From Octopus bimaculoides (taxonomy: Eukaryota), in contig NC_069000.1 in NCBI RefSeq assembly GCF_001194135.2, forward strand, positions 23,601,190 through 23,665,189: 64,000 nt of DNA. The letters are read 5' to 3'. Of this stretch, positions 41,901 through 50,136 are shown one piece after another. The notes under the pieces are model-generated. The model was not told the origin of the DNA and ran no database searches. It saw only the letters and a program-made list of their open reading frames with translations. How positions within the stretch are numbered: the first letter of the stretch is position 1; the number at the start of each line of letters is the position of its first letter. Both the position numbers and the translations under genes were made by a program.

Positions 41901-42042
41901 CCAAATAAAAACTAGACGTATGCAAATAAACTATGGCAATACTAAATATATTATAAATTCTACGATATTAAAAGTACTTGAAGGTAGAAAATAACGAAAA
42001 AGTTAAGAAACTCTTACCAGGAACAACATGCCGCACAGACAT
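3253..42042 (-). CDS. URB2: URB2 (unhealthy ribosome biogenesis protein 2 homolog), spliced 5' part of the gene: 20 exons, about 997 aa, 3' end not in window
   Basis: Twenty exons with canonical GT-AG ends and mutually compatible phases join into one open frame (2991 nt). The peptides are collinear with my recollection of human URB2, e.g. KLKLVKYLWISESVIIPNKTEVLLDF vs [39 protein letters not shown] vs AWFRCLKTLISLN; YSKLRQMPFLFE vs YAKLRQVPRLFE; SPFFQEM vs SPLFPEM. Alignment is from memory, not computed. Confidence 0.88.
3527..4095 (+). mobile_element. tRNA-derived SINE, tail type 1; further copies at 5024-5372, 52737-53168, 60254-60680
   Basis: Pol III A-box-like tggctgtgcagtaag and B-box-like ggtttcagtccc, a conserved body, an internal (TA/TG)n microsatellite, and a tail ending aatgactaaaacaagtaaa. 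Confidence 0.85.
4618..4797 (+). mobile_element. Young RTE 3' tail fragment
   Basis: About 95% identical by hand count (9 mismatches in about 175 nt) to the reverse complement of 671-850. Confidence 0.88.
5657..5822 (+). mobile_element. Non-autonomous DNA element, Helentron/HINE-like
   Basis: gtttgtctgt...aaaacagatgaacggattttcaccaaatttgg motif typical of such elements (recognition only). Confidence 0.4.
6546..6833 (-). CDS. URB2: URB2 exon 19
   Basis: atatag / gtatgg; IVELLPLRFLPRNEKIQIIFGLHLVISCC...LTNCTDCLSTLMK...LSKIQEQ; 288 nt, phase 0 to 0. Confidence 0.87.
7122..8360 (-). mobile_element. Full-length decayed mariner (DD34D) transposon
   Basis: TIRs gctgaaaagttcatagg(c/a)tgacc at about 7122-7153 and 8331-8360. 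Transposase fragments: ARWVPHLL-like, FLTQDRCWLHHFEPETKRQSMQW, FHQDNAPAHKS, YSDLAPSDYLLF. Frameshifted. Confidence 0.92.
8686..8913 (-). mobile_element. Young RTE 3' end running into a gap
   Basis: Near-identical to 671-895 but with different flanks. Confidence 0.88.
10413..10530 (-). CDS. URB2: URB2 exon 18
   Basis: ctctag / gtaagt; NTSKALKIVGGGLCSLFENSVAQSDAQENFLQKSSTIIK; phase 2 to 0. Confidence 0.8.
10760..11880 (+). mobile_element. Decayed RTE LINE 3' part
   Basis: EFKTGYPWELLYVD (RT motif), FQVWKQGLKSKGLRINL, GFSLRVKGRLYDACV, with stops and frameshifts, then the 3' UTR array. Confidence 0.85.
12061..12147 (-). CDS. URB2: URB2 exon 17
   Basis: ctcaag after a poly-T tract / gtaaga; SLPEDMKTVASLFSTLGNSELQWNNPND; phase 2 to 2. 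Confidence 0.78.
12401..12535 (-). CDS. URB2: URB2 exon 16
   Basis: atttag / gtaaat; EMLTEASFTWNLIRSPFFQEMASFHTHIITCIFSTLAGSVLKKD; phase 2 to 2. Confidence 0.86.
13870..14030 (-). CDS. URB2: URB2 exon 15
   Basis: tttcag / gtttga (weak donor); HPHIPVRTMKQATWWFLTTNLPILFPLFTPQNILVISQYIVQTL...; resembles human VAHWHLIVSNLTIL; phase 0 to 2. Confidence 0.82.
15580..16545 (+). mobile_element. Decayed RTE LINE fragments (RT C-terminus and 3' UTR) split by a pyrimidine-rich segment
   Basis: HGSETWAVTTEDMQRLKRNEVSM-like translation at 15630-15700; 3' UTR and tail at 16300-16545. Confidence 0.65.
16626..16784 (-). CDS. URB2: URB2 exon 14
   Basis: cgacag after a poly-T tract / gtatgt; YLLQLQCIKAVQVFPESE...ENQNKIV; phase 0 to 0. 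Confidence 0.83.
17669..18320 (+). mobile_element. Head-to-tail array of three copies of a second SINE family; also at 13230-13630, 20770-20970, 23070-23290(-), 33090-33300(-), 57020-57180(-), 60880-61020
   Basis: Shared body ttctgagttcaaatt...gactttgcctttcatcc...gtcgataaattaagtaccag, with (TTA/TTG)n tails. Confidence 0.8.
18468..18662 (-). CDS. URB2: URB2 exon 13
   Basis: tttcag / gtaagt; PNCDPHLLEATLLLIYKWWEIAFILAYY...KSGGNGSVVC; phase 0 to 0. Confidence 0.87.
18860..19015 (+). repeat. Interspersed repeat of unknown class; copies at about 15055, 19960, 36530, 50550, 50750, 51500-51730(-), 59670-59830(-)
   Basis: Recurrent gctagaaatagcagccaaat.tccctcaaa..acaccctactg motif. Confidence 0.7.
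19307..19494 (-). CDS. URB2: URB2 exon 12 (alternative in-frame donor at 19349)
   Basis: aaccag acceptor; DDSISNQKHVCSCIIGLLLNF...LQTRMK[VSIVVPSIYLYLSK]; phase 1 to 0. Two in-frame donors: AAG|gtatca and AAG|gtaaag. Confidence 0.78.
20579..20688 (-). CDS. URB2: URB2 exon 11
   Basis: tcatag / gtgaca; FQNIVQVLPQTVALQIWEMLLTAIEKELSPMLKDDE; phase 2 to 1. Confidence 0.85.
22122..22397 (-). CDS. URB2: URB2 exon 10
   Basis: ttacag / gtaagt; [19 protein letters not shown]...VYSKLRQMPFLFEKLI...SQRFSV; phase 2 to 2. Confidence 0.92.
23608..24420 (+). mobile_element. RTE LINE 3' end
   Basis: TAEDMRRLKRNKASMIRWMCNVSVH...RLRWYGHILWM...GRGRPRKTWDEVVKHDL, followed by the 3' UTR and gatgat tail. Confidence 0.88.
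24526..24768 (-). CDS. URB2: URB2 exon 9
   Basis: atatag / gtcagt; ESSVLIEIMLDNISKLLGF...MGQLLDSISNMNIYNLNADDDNEKKFWFMY...; resembles human VEQLLNSVANNNIYNIAAD; phase 2 to 2. Confidence 0.88.
25182..26458 (-). mobile_element. Tc1-like transposon with about 30-bp TIRs and TA TSD; central gap
   Basis: TIR (ca)ggggttggacaaaataatggaa(a/g)cacct at both ends. HTH: MTDLLDFQRGQIAGARMAGASVTKTAEMFGVSRSTVSKIM. Catalytic end: FQDDNAPIHT...WPP*SLDLNIIEHLW. Confidence 0.92.
27506..27591 (-). CDS. URB2: URB2 exon 8
   Basis: attcag / gtgagt; DNEALAVDFRAAVLDYLPKLFALFIEGE; phase 0 to 2. Confidence 0.82.
27866..28073. mobile_element. Probable hAT-type MITE remnant
   Basis: The right end ggtttgggaaccactg matches the CAGTGGTTCCCAAA hAT/Charlie-type TIR; the left end is degenerate. 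Confidence 0.4.
29161..29382. mobile_element. piggyBac-type MITE (TTAA TSD); other copies at about 19021-19275 and 58680-58845
   Basis: ttaa|cctttttagcatt ... aatgctaaaggg|ttaa. Confidence 0.75.
29409..29526 (-). CDS. URB2: URB2 exon 7
   Basis: tttcag / gtaaga, after a 96-nt intron; DQRLFFRKFQKLSAATNILEIKSRLSQLFTIMEEAITRT; phase 2 to 0, the only open frame. Confidence 0.85.
29623..29753 (-). CDS. URB2: URB2 exon 6
   Basis: ttacag / gtaagt; VLKLFCNKLFQSVLILRYKCQHRSDYNHISCLLDEMIKNTVFN; phase 0 to 2. Confidence 0.85.
29900..30320 (+). mobile_element. tRNA-derived SINE, tail type 2 (RTE-like 3' end); further copies at 1-420(-), 4177-4510, 34360-34700(-), 37125-37500(-), 57170-57630
   Basis: Same head as type 1, but ends caggaagggcatc...gcatggaaaagtggacattaaaatgatgat, homologous to the RTE tail. 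Confidence 0.78.
32330..32690. repeat. Degenerate (GGT/AGT/GAT)n trinucleotide low-complexity tract
   Basis: Seen directly, immediately 3' of the URB2 exon 5 donor on the minus strand. Confidence 0.85.
32713..32856 (-). CDS. URB2: URB2 exon 5
   Basis: cttcag / gtaaag; ANLLSAVSSISLQQLATTGHMEQHIDDMLTSLIKSFCDCQKISCNQVQ; phase 0 to 0. Confidence 0.82.
33868..33999 (-). CDS. URB2: URB2 exon 4
   Basis: ttgcag / gtaagt; MLISSLTNVSQNKLKYSDSVIVCCKLLLSSPALSCLFTSNIENM; phase 0 to 0. Confidence 0.88.
35462..35588 (-). CDS. URB2: URB2 exon 3
   Basis: ttatag / gtgagt; KNLSDEDFEAIWHCLEWLLLTKKMQQRLSKKQVIVLKPSFSS; phase 2 to 0. Confidence 0.88.
35717..36530 (+). mobile_element. Internally deleted mariner (814 bp) with long TIRs and TA TSD
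   Basis: TIR gatctgatcaataagtatc..gactgttgc extends to about 70 bp. Retains the N-terminal DNA-binding region (LQNVYREECMSSTQMYNWLRRFQDG...MSAKFVPKLLS); no catalytic domain. Confidence 0.9.
37560..38560 (-). mobile_element. Decayed CR1/Crack-like LINE endonuclease region
   Basis: Degenerate translation resembling LFDDISSCI...CDFN...SYIDAASEE...AVSASVGMFDHCV (apurinic endonuclease motifs); many stops. Confidence 0.6.
38872..40274 (+). mobile_element. RTE LINE 3' end, antisense, in URB2 intron 2
   Basis: LRVNLAKTKVLV...VKGRLYDVCVQIAMLHSSEIWAVT...; 3' UTR array; (GAT)7 tail. Confidence 0.88.
40298..40448 (-). CDS. URB2: URB2 exon 2
   Basis: tttcag acceptor, gtaaac donor; VFIRLKSITTPLNVKLKLVKYLWISESVIIPNKTEVLLDFIVGLLLNKK; phase 1 to 2. 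Confidence 0.9.
42018..42042 (-). CDS. URB2: URB2 coding exon 1 (25 nt)
   Basis: ATG...MSVRHVVP+G followed by donor gtaaga. Phase 1 matches exon 2, and an ETS motif lies just upstream. Confidence 0.72.
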
Positions 42043-42065
42043 ATTTAAAGAACATGTGGTGTTCT

Positions 42066-42076
42066 TACCGGAAGTT
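42066..42076 (-). promoter_or_regulatory. ETS-type motif (ACCGGAAGT) at the probable URB2 promoter
   Basis: accggaagt at 42067-42075, about 25 nt upstream of the predicted ATG. ETS sites are typical of housekeeping promoters. Confidence 0.5.
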
Positions 42077-42720
42077 GGTAAAATAAGTGTGCATGGGAGA
42101 TAACTACAAATTACTACCATTCCAGAAGCTGTCATGCTGACTCTACAGAAACAATTACATCAAGCAGAAGATATGGCTAACGTTTCTTGCAAGAATCTCT
42201 ATTCCTTCAAGACATTAGGTATATCTATTCGTAGCACACCAATAAACCTCACCTTTTTTTATTTGATATTGCTATTATATCCAGTCTGTGTTGTTCATTT
42301 ATCCTTCTGGATAAATGATTGAACAAGATAAACATGTTCTTATATTAAACTAGCAGTAAAACCTGTCGTTGATCGGGTAATTATTTTTACTGTTTATCGG
42401 GAGCCACATTAAAAGTATTATTATATATATAATTTACTCCTCCTGTATGTGTCTATTTTTAGAAGAGAAAACCATGTAATAACTGGAGTAGAAGAAAGAT
42501 CATTATTATACATGAGGTTCTCTTTGTTTATTACATGATAATAAAAAGTGAGATGTATGTTTTATTTTATTTATCAATACAGTAATGACAATTATATAAT
42601 CCAGTTCATTGAAATAGGTAATTTACTCATTCTTGAATATAATGATAGTAATGGTAAATGAACTTATTGAAGCATTCATGTTGCATTAAGAATGAATATT
42701 TCTTTATGAACAATGCTTGC

Positions 42721-44795
42721 AAGACAAAACGCGGAGCTACATAAGAAGCACCTAGTGCCTCTTTTTGATAGGCTGGAACATTATGGTTTAATAATCAACC
42801 CCGCCAAGTGCGTTTTTGGTGCGACAGAAATCGACTTCTTGGGACATTGAATTCCAAGTGCCGGCGCTACACCCCTGCCAGAAAAAGTTAAAGTTATCCT
42901 ATCCTTTCCGCGCCCCACCACAAGCAAGACTCTACATCAATTCGTGGGCATGGTAAACTTTTACCATTGCTTCATCCCTTCTGCAGCAAGAGTGATGAGA
43001 CCCCTATACAAGGCACTGTCAAAAGAGGGTTCAAAAAGACAGGTGGAGTGGGATAGTACAATGACTTCAGTCTTCGAATCCACAAAACAAGCCTTGGCTC
43101 AAGCAACCATGCTGCCCCATCTTCATGTCAGCTCGGAATGCACTCAGTTGACGCATCCGACACAGCCATTGGAAGCGTTTTAGAACAACACATCAACAGT
43201 CAGTGGCGACTGCTCGCCTTCTTCACACGACACCTACGACCCTCTGAACAGAAATACATTGCTTTTAACAGGGAACTACTGGCTGTCCATCTAGGTGTCC
43301 GCCACTTTCGCTATTTCCTTGAAGGCCGCACGTTTACAGTATTCACGGATCACAAACCATTCACCTTTGCTATGAGCAAGCTCTCGGAGCTTTGGTCTGC
43401 ACGCCAGCAACGACAGCTATTGACCATTTCTGAGTACACCACAGACATCCAACACATAGCCGGGAAGGGCAACCAAGTTGCCGACGCACTTTTTCGTGCT
43501 CCTACCTGCTCTCACACCTACTTAGCCCCGATAACGGAAGGCCTGGATTACGAGGCTATGGCTGCAGCCCAACAGACAGATGACGAGATCAGGACCTACC
43601 ACACTGCCATCACAAGACTTTCTTTGCAGGATATACACTTTGACTCTAACAGCACAACCCTATTGTGTGACGTATCCACTGGGAAGCCACGACCGATCGT
43701 CCCATCAGCCTGGCGGAAGAAAGTTTTCACGGACTTTCCCACCCATCTACTAAAGCCACACTGCGGCTGCTGTCAAGCAAATTTATCTGACACGGTATGG
43801 CCAAGCAAATCAGGGACTGGACCAGGACCTGCATCCCCTGTCAACAAACCAAGGTCCATCAACACTCCAAAGCACCCCTCGGTAACTTTGAACCACTTCA
43901 GACCTTGTAAGCCACCTACCACTTTCACGGGGTTGCTCGTATCTACTGATCTTGGTAGACCGCTATGCCCTTTTGGCCTGAGGCAATCCCTCTCCGCAGC
44001 ACGGAAACACAAGAAGTCAGCCGAGCCTTCATCGCAAACTGTGTCGCTAGTTTCGGTGTCCCAGACAGTATCTCATCTGATCGAGGTCCATAATTCACCT
44101 CAAAGTTGTGGAATGACATGTGTGAGCTTTTTGGAATCACAATGAACCGCACAACAGCCTACCACCCTCAAGCCAACGGATTAGTGGAGAGATTTCACTG
44201 CTGCTTGAAGGAATCCCTGACAACCAGACTTAATGGGTCAAATTGGATTGCCCAACTCCCATGAGTGACGCTGGGCAGCCGCACCACCCCAAATGAAAAN
44301 NNNNNNNNNNNNNNNNNNNNNNNNNNNNNNNNNNNNNNNNNNNNNNNNNCTCCGCGGAAATGATGTACGGTGCCCCCCTTACAGTGCCAAGAGAGTTCCT
44401 TTCGAATACGAAGTCAGACCCGGATGTCAAAAGGTACCTCGCTCAACTGAGTAACAGCGTGGGCTAGTTGCACCCTGTTTCCATGTCGACACACGGTACA
44501 CCCAGATCTTCCGTACCAAATGACCTCCACATGGCTAACTATGTGTTCGTTCGACGTGACACACGACGAAAACCCCTCCAGTCACCCTACGATGGTCCAT
44601 ATCAAGTCATTCATCCAGGAGATAAAACTCCTAATTGGCAGACGATAGATTGAAACCGGCCCATCTTGGTATTGACAACCCCGTTCAGGTAGCCCAGCCA
44701 CCAAACAGGGGCCGCCCTAGGCAAATCACACCAACCCTTGACAAGGAACAGTCACCAAAGAACCGAGTAGTACACGCATGGGCAGGACAATTAAA
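42721..44795 (+). mobile_element. Gypsy/Ty3 LTR retrotransposon pol remnant (RT end, RNase H, H2C2 zinc, integrase), pseudogenised
   Basis: LIINPAKCVFGATEIDFLGH; QFVGMVNFYHCFIP; VDASDTAIGSVLEQ...YIAFNRELLAVHLGVRHFRYFLEGRTFTVFTDHKP; TCIPCQQTKV; SDRGP*FTS; TTAYHPQANGLVERFH. Stops, frameshifts and a deletion in the integrase core; no flanking LTR pair recognised. Confidence 0.93.
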
Positions 44796-46049
44796 ACTTA
44801 AGCTCTGATGTACGTAAAGTAATAAACCTTTGATGAATGTATTCTCGTCTCCACTAGTTTGTTTGCGTATAGCTTAAGAAAACTATACCATGACTAGTTG
44901 GTGGTCTATTCACTAACTGATGGTTGCTCTCACTAACTGCTTTTTCCTAACCAAATTCTAGTATTTATAACTATCCAAAATCAACTAGAAGGATAGACAT
45001 ATTGTTGAGAACAATAGATTTCATTGGAAGTCTGTTATCTCTATTCTAGCTTATGGTGACCTAGAAGAGGTTAGAAGAGTCAAGTGGCAGAGACATTATT
45101 CCGGCTTAGCGAAGGCATCTGGTAAATGTAACTGCTGTCATAGAAAAACTATTGTTTTACCGTGCGAAAAGTACTGTTGAACTGTTAAGTGAAATTTGGT
45201 GATTGAGGATCGATTCTACGCCATGCCAGCATGAAGCCACTGCATATATNNNNNNNNNNNNNNNNNNNNNNNNTATATATATATATATATATATATCGTC
45301 CGTAAACATAAACCCGTACGTATATAATATGTATGTGTGGAGGGGGAGTTGCAAAATTGGTAACCGGGGTAAAATAAGTAATTTCTGATTTCTAGCTATT
45401 TTCTCCCAACCTGTTTGAAATCATTACATTGCAAGTAATACATCATCATTTTGTACTGTTGCATCATCTTTGGGACTGAAAATTGGTTAACGTAGTTGTT
45501 CAAGTTGAGAGAGTTTGGAACAGTCAGGTGACAGATACTCTCTGTCAAGAAATTTTTCCTTTATCTTGACTGATTGTGATTGAGGTTGCTAATAAAGTAT
45601 CTAGATAATTTTTGGTGCTTAACAATCGATATTCTTTTCTCTGTTAGATTCCAAGTCCATCTTTCCCTACACTAATGTCTAATTTTGAAATTTTCAATTT
45701 TCAAAAGACGGTGTCTAAAATGGGGTAAAATGAGCCATGTCTAATTTCAACTATTTCTTCTCTTTAAATGTTTGGTGTGTAAATATATCGTGAAGATTGC
45801 TACTCCAGAAGATCGTAAGGAAGCTTGAGAATATCTTATATTGAGTTTTGGGTTTTTTTGTTTTTAGATTTAGTTGAGTTTCATTAATTTCCTATAATGT
45901 GCCATTTTTCCACGATTCTCTTTCAATTTGACCTAGATATTAGAATATTTTGTTGCATTTCTAATCTTTCTAATATCTAAACACAGATATTGATGTGTTT
46001 GAGCCTTTTCCCATATGTAATTCTGGAGAATTGAAGAGACAAATTTACC

Positions 46050-47110
46050 TTCTCTCGCCTTACTCATTTTGCCCCAGGTAAATTTGTCTTTTATATGCTC
46101 AAAGAGAACAGAGATAACTTATCTGTGAACCTTGTAACATATCCGACCACGCAGTGCTTTCGATATTCTGCGATCACGTCATTTGCCCCGCTTTGTTCTC
46201 GAACCACCTTGTTCCGGATATGCTTCCGCAACAATATTCTTAGCATTGGCCTTTAAATAGAACTTTGTGTTGAAGCCAACCGATGTTCTTCCCTCTTCGT
46301 AGTAGCTTACGTTTCACTTGCATATAAAGCGCAGGTGGGACAGTTCTGTTGAGTATGTAAGGATCCGAACCCGAACTGCAAGATATTCAATTAAGGATCA
46401 CGAGTAAGCCACCACAATTTCGCCTCAATGATATATAAATCGACGGCGTGAAGTTGTGACATAATTTGGCTTCTCGGATGATCTAAAATTGATCCCCTTT
46501 TCACCCTATAAAAACCGTTTGGCGCCTGACTTTCTGGGCAGGTGTCCTCAGGCATTCGCGTAGACCACCTTAAGCAATCATAGAAGGCAGGCTGCTAAGA
46601 CCAGACAGTCTCGGACAGTAGAGCAAGGCGGACGGCTTCGGATACCCATACACGCTGTATCACTGCTAGCCTTCTACAACACAATACGGTTCTCTCCTCC
46701 ATGTCGGCAGTTATATTATCAGCATCTTTCTTTTGTAAACAGTCAACGCATTAAATCAAGTCCAGCAATAAATATGTTAAAAGTTTGTGAGCTGCTTCAT
46801 TTATTATATACACAGCCAGCTAGACCACACTACCATGATCATCAGCAATATAGCAAACACCAACAAGCACCATGACATTGGTGAACAAGCACCCTCGCGA
46901 CAAAGAGACGGGCACGTTGAGTCTTTCTAGTTTGCTTTGAGCACACCTTTTATCGAGGTAAACGCCTTCCATCCTGCCCTTATTTTCCTCGAGATTTTAG
47001 CGTTCATGTCTCAGCACATACTGTGTTCATCAAGTGTATGTTGTCATCGACTCCTCCTCATTTCCGAATATTTCTTTCTTTGTGCATCCTCATTTAAAGT
47101 ATTAACACAT
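46050..47110 (-). mobile_element. Decayed RTE-1-like LINE fragment, split by an insertion at 46356-46902
   Basis: MNAKISRKIRAGWKAFTSIKGVLK...RARLF | NRTVPPALYASET*ATTKREEHRL...RKHIRNKVVREQSGANDVIAEYRK; the peptide is contiguous once the insert is removed. Confidence 0.78.
46356..46902. mobile_element. Candidate solo LTR (547 bp, TGT...ACA) nested in the RTE fragment
   Basis: Precisely interrupts the RTE reading frame; TGT and ACA termini; AATAAA and TATA-like motifs inside. The TSD is imperfect (agta/aaga). Confidence 0.5.
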
Positions 47111-47499
47111 AAGAACACTATGTAGGCAGGTAAAAAACACTGAGGCCAATGAAATCAAGTATTTGTGTGAGAGTGCAATGAAAGATCCAGTCATTTTTAT
47201 AATAGATTCATATTTTTACACTTCGCCACTAACCGAAGAAGGTGATTGACTAATCTCTCAGGTAGAAAATGATTACTACTGCCGATATATAACTAAATGT
47301 TTTTCTTTCACATATTTCTAATTCATACGTTTATTTCTTCATTTTAATTTTATGAATTATTTCCTACTTAGTAAATAATTAGTGAGCAGTATACAATGGA
47401 ATTAAGTTTCTAGCGGCTCCAACACGTCCTTAAAGGTTCAACACTAAAAAATTAAAAAATACAACAGCTAATTTACACAAGTTAACGGATAATGAAAAT

Positions 47500-48100
47500 A
47501 AAAATGAATCAAAAAGCATACACGTTCCTTTAATTACCCGCTACAACAGGGGTAAACAAATTGTTAATTCAACCCTAAACTAAATGTAAGATAAATCCTG
47601 CCAGCTGACGTCCAAGTGCGTCTACGACAGAGGCGTAAAGATATATATATATATAGGAACTTTTGTTTAACATACACCGGTTGATATAAAAGGAAAGCTT
47701 TTATTTAACTACGGAAGTCCATATGTGTAATCAATCCAAGGCAAAAATTAACAGAGTGAAAAATGTGAATACGATAAAATAAAAATAGATATTTAAAAAA
47801 AAAACTTCATACGAAGCATCCAGAAGCATTGAAGTAAACCTATATACATTGGAAAATTAGATGAGAACAGGTGAGACAATACGAAAGTTGCGGGATGGCC
47901 AATAACGGGAAACCAATATTCCCTTAAACTCCACCCGTAATTCATCAGTTTGTTTCTGTTGGTTGCCGCTCGCCATTTTTCTGTTTCTAGTTTGTACCAA
48001 GATATTCTAACTTTCTCTCTTTCCCTCTGTTGATTAGAATTTGTTCTACTAATTGGATCAAATCATGCCCAGACAATCAATAGTCTAGTTATCCAAAGGT
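47500..48100. promoter_or_regulatory. CpG-richer promoter-like island with YY1-type motif (CGCCATTTT 47971-47979) and ETS-like ACGGAAGT (about 47711)
   Basis: Motifs seen directly in non-repeat sequence. A possible plus-strand donor AAAG|gtattt at 48099 could end a non-coding first exon of the zinc-finger gene. Confidence 0.4.
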
Positions 48101-49033
48101 ATTTAATGCTTTACTTCCTTGTACTTTATTAAACCTTTTCGTAAACTTCTGTATTCTTTCCTACGATGACTATCAGTATAAAAAAACTTCATATTTATCA
48201 GTGTTGACATTTTAAGATCAAGAACATTTTCATAGTTTATTAATTATTTAATTAATCGTGTTAAATATTTATGATAACTCGTAGTATTGGTCAAATCTAT
48301 CTTTTGTTCAAGAGTTTGTACACTTCCTCTTCATTTATTCATTGATAACATAGGCTTATGGTTAAGAAGCTCGATTCACATTCATGTGGTTCCTAGTTCG
48401 ATTCTGTTACTTTATCTTAGCTCAGGTTGATCAATGCCTTGTGAGCGGAATTTGATAGACGGAAATTCTGCAGACGCTTGTCATGTATAACAACCCTTGC
48501 TAAAACAAAATTCAGCTTGTCTGAGTAGTCGTACATTTTCAAAACCCCAAATTGCTCCGTCTCAAGCATTCTAGTTCTAAATTATAGGGAAGCTAAATAT
48601 CACTTCATATTTGGAAGTAAGAATTTATAAATTCCTTCTCTCAACTTGTGTTCTTTCTCTCCGTCTTCCATTGCTACTACAACAGCTTCTGCTCCTGACC
48701 TAACAAGGTGCACACCATCCCCAGTCCTGACATACCAACTTTTCACTGCTTCTTTTTTTCATTGCCCTTAATTGTATATCACCCTGTAGCGTACACTCGA
48801 GTGAAATACCTTCTCCCCTTTATTATATATACGGGCATTTGAATGTAGCAGACAACAGCTGTCATTTTACTTCAATGACCCACCGTTCTTTCTAATTTCA
48901 TCTCTTCGCTACAGAAATATCTTCCTTTTATTATCTATTTTGTCTCCCATAAAATGACTTGTGAAGGGCTATCTGTAGCGTTCACTCGAGTGTACGCGTG
49001 GTGAAACCACGCTTAACCTCGACCGTCTAAAGT

Positions 49034-49085
49034 TGGTGACCCCGACGTAGAACACGGACCACCATCTAAAATGGTGACCCGACGT
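49034..49085 (+). mobile_element. Tandem primer-binding sites complementary to the tRNA-Trp 3' end (LTR-element remnant)
   Basis: TGGTGACCCCGACGT (49034-49048) is the reverse complement of ...ACGTCGGGGTCACCA, the vertebrate tRNA-Trp 3' end including CCA (from memory). The second copy at 49072-49085 lacks one C. Confidence 0.65.
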
Positions 49086-50136
49086 AGAACACGCACCACA
49101 ATTCCATCTATAACCCTACCGAATCCTATGCTAAAACATTTGCTCAACTCTCTGAAGTTCCTCCTTGCTGTCATTCTAGTTGGTTAACATTCAGTTGAGA
49201 CCTGATCGAATAGTCATATACTCAAAGATATTCCAGCCGTTAGAATAGCTTTAGGGTATCAAGGAACACATTTCAATATGTTTTCAAAACAAAGTAGGGT
49301 GTGATTTGAGGATTTAGCAAATATCTCTAACATGTTAAACGACCACCAAGAAGCATTCTCGTTTACTCTCTGCATCAACCTGCAAAATTTGAAATTAAAT
49401 ATCAATCGCGTCGACCTAACAGCCATTCTGGGAGAGCCTACAATGGTCATGCGCTCTATCCCGCTTTCTGAGTAAATAGGTAAAAAGAAGTACTACAACA
49501 TTCATTTTACATGACATCTTGATCGATGTTTGACTTAAACCGCAACCACTTGTTTACTTTACACACTCGTTTATGCACGAAAACATACTCGCTTCGTTTG
49601 AATAATGAAGTTTGCTGCTGCTCAAAGACTGCAGTGTTTTTGACATCTGTTAATTTAGATTTAAAGTTGCAAAAGAATAACGACTTTAAACTCACAATCT
49701 CGATTTCACTCAAACTTTATCACTCACTCACATACACATTCAAGTATCTTTATCATTCAGACTACATCACTCAGCTACACGCAAGTATCTATTTCACTCA
49801 AACTTTGTCACTTAAAAACACACACACACACACTCTCTATATATATACACTCACAATATATACCCAGTGGTTCTTATACTCAGGCATATACAAGCATATA
49901 TAAAAAGGGTTTCATTTATACAATCAGAGAATGGAAACCAGCTTTGATTTCATCACAAATGAACTTAAAAAAGGTACACACGCACACACACACAGAATAC
50001 AACTTGCCATTCATTTCCTTTAAACTATGCAGCTTATGTAAGAAATCAAACATGGGTTTCTATTCTATATTATTACAGAATTTTTTTTCTATAAATTTTG
50101 CTATTTGTGTGTCAGGCTTACAATATTAAGAGAACC

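Noticed and set aside
49034-49048. tRNA-Trp gene on the minus strand
   Set aside because: Only the last 15 nt are present and they include CCA, which indicates a retroelement PBS rather than a gene.
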